From assembly GCA_000002455.1 (NCBI GenBank), contig DQ158856.1, positions 1 to 32,000 on the forward strand: a stretch of DNA of 32,000 nt, in the 5' to 3' direction. A program made the position numbers and the translations under genes. Source of the DNA: Bigelowiella natans nucleomorph (Eukaryota > Protista > Cercozoa). This document shows, one piece after another, positions 31,540 through 32,000 of the stretch; within the stretch, counting starts at the first letter, position 1, and every line of letters begins with the position of its first letter. Below the pieces are notes generated by a model, which worked only from the letters and a program-made list of their open reading frames with translations, ran no database searches and was not told the DNA's origin.

Positions 31540-32000
31540 ATGATTGTTAAAATTTATTTAAAGGGTATTGAAAATTTTGGAAATTATATAACAATAACAG
31601 ATAAGATATGCATTTTTTCTGAAGATGTCTGTAAGAATATTGTTCTATTTAATAAAATAGGTTCTATCATCTAATAAAATTTGGAAGAAACTAAAAATGA
31701 TACCCTTTAGGAGTTATGATCAAAATTTTATAGGAAATATGATTTTAGGTGAAATTTTTCATTATAGGGAATACGAATGGATTGATAATATCAAACTTTT
31801 TTTCAGACTATAGTTTCATGTTTTTTTAAAGAACTAAGATATTTAATCAAAAACTCTTGGGATGATATAAAAATACTCAGACTCGATGATAATCGAAATA
31901 ATCCAGGATCTTTTATGACAGTGAGTAACTTTCATACTATTTTAGGAAGAAATTTGCAAAAAGTAATTTTTAAGAGATTAGAAAACTATTCAGAAAATTA
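31540..32000 (+). CDS. eif6: Eukaryotic initiation factor 6 (partial, runs off the window)
   Basis: Spliced MIVKIYLKGIENFGNYITITDKICIFS...FIGNMIL|GNTNGLII...LRYLIKNSWDDIKILRLDD...GSFMTVSNFHTILGRNL is collinear with eIF6. Four 19-nt introns, the first at 31642-31660. Confidence 0.85.

Noticed and set aside
8969-32000. Fragmented ORFs as pseudogenes or an alternative genetic code
   Set aside because: Removing 18-21 nt GT-AG introns restores continuous frames under the standard code.

Overview
This window is the left end of a chlorarachniophyte nucleomorph chromosome, the relict nucleus of a green-algal endosymbiont. I cannot assign the species from sequence alone. It opens with a (CCCTAGA)n = [TCTAGGG]n telomere and a GC-rich subtelomeric unit: spacer/5'ETS, 18S-5.8S-28S rDNA read away from the telomere, and a 3'-only dnaK pseudogene. 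From about 8.65 kb the DNA is very AT-rich and densely packed with genes, most of them split by 18-21 nt GT-AG introns (mostly 19 nt), which is why the ORF track is fragmented. Genes spliced by hand: sf3b4, nog2, a 1433-aa intronless ORF, trnE(UUC), tcpB/CCT2, rpl13A, poly(A) polymerase, an S1-domain protein, sf3b5, SmE, rpl7, prp4, trnD(GUC), an SRP14-like candidate, tcpE/CCT5, rpl7A, rpl37A, XPB, an MCM-family gene, partial eIF6, and several ORFans. Most notable: (i) a possible pTAC10/PAP3-like plastid RNA polymerase-associated protein; (ii) CCT2, CCT5 and the MCM subunit appear to have lost core ATPase motifs; (iii) a prp4 frameshift possibly rescued by a GC-rich 20-nt intron derived from exon sequence; (iv) the giant intronless ORF may be an expanded Toc75/Omp85; (v) two convergent gene pairs each overlap by exactly 7 bp. 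All homology calls come from motif recognition from memory, not database searches.
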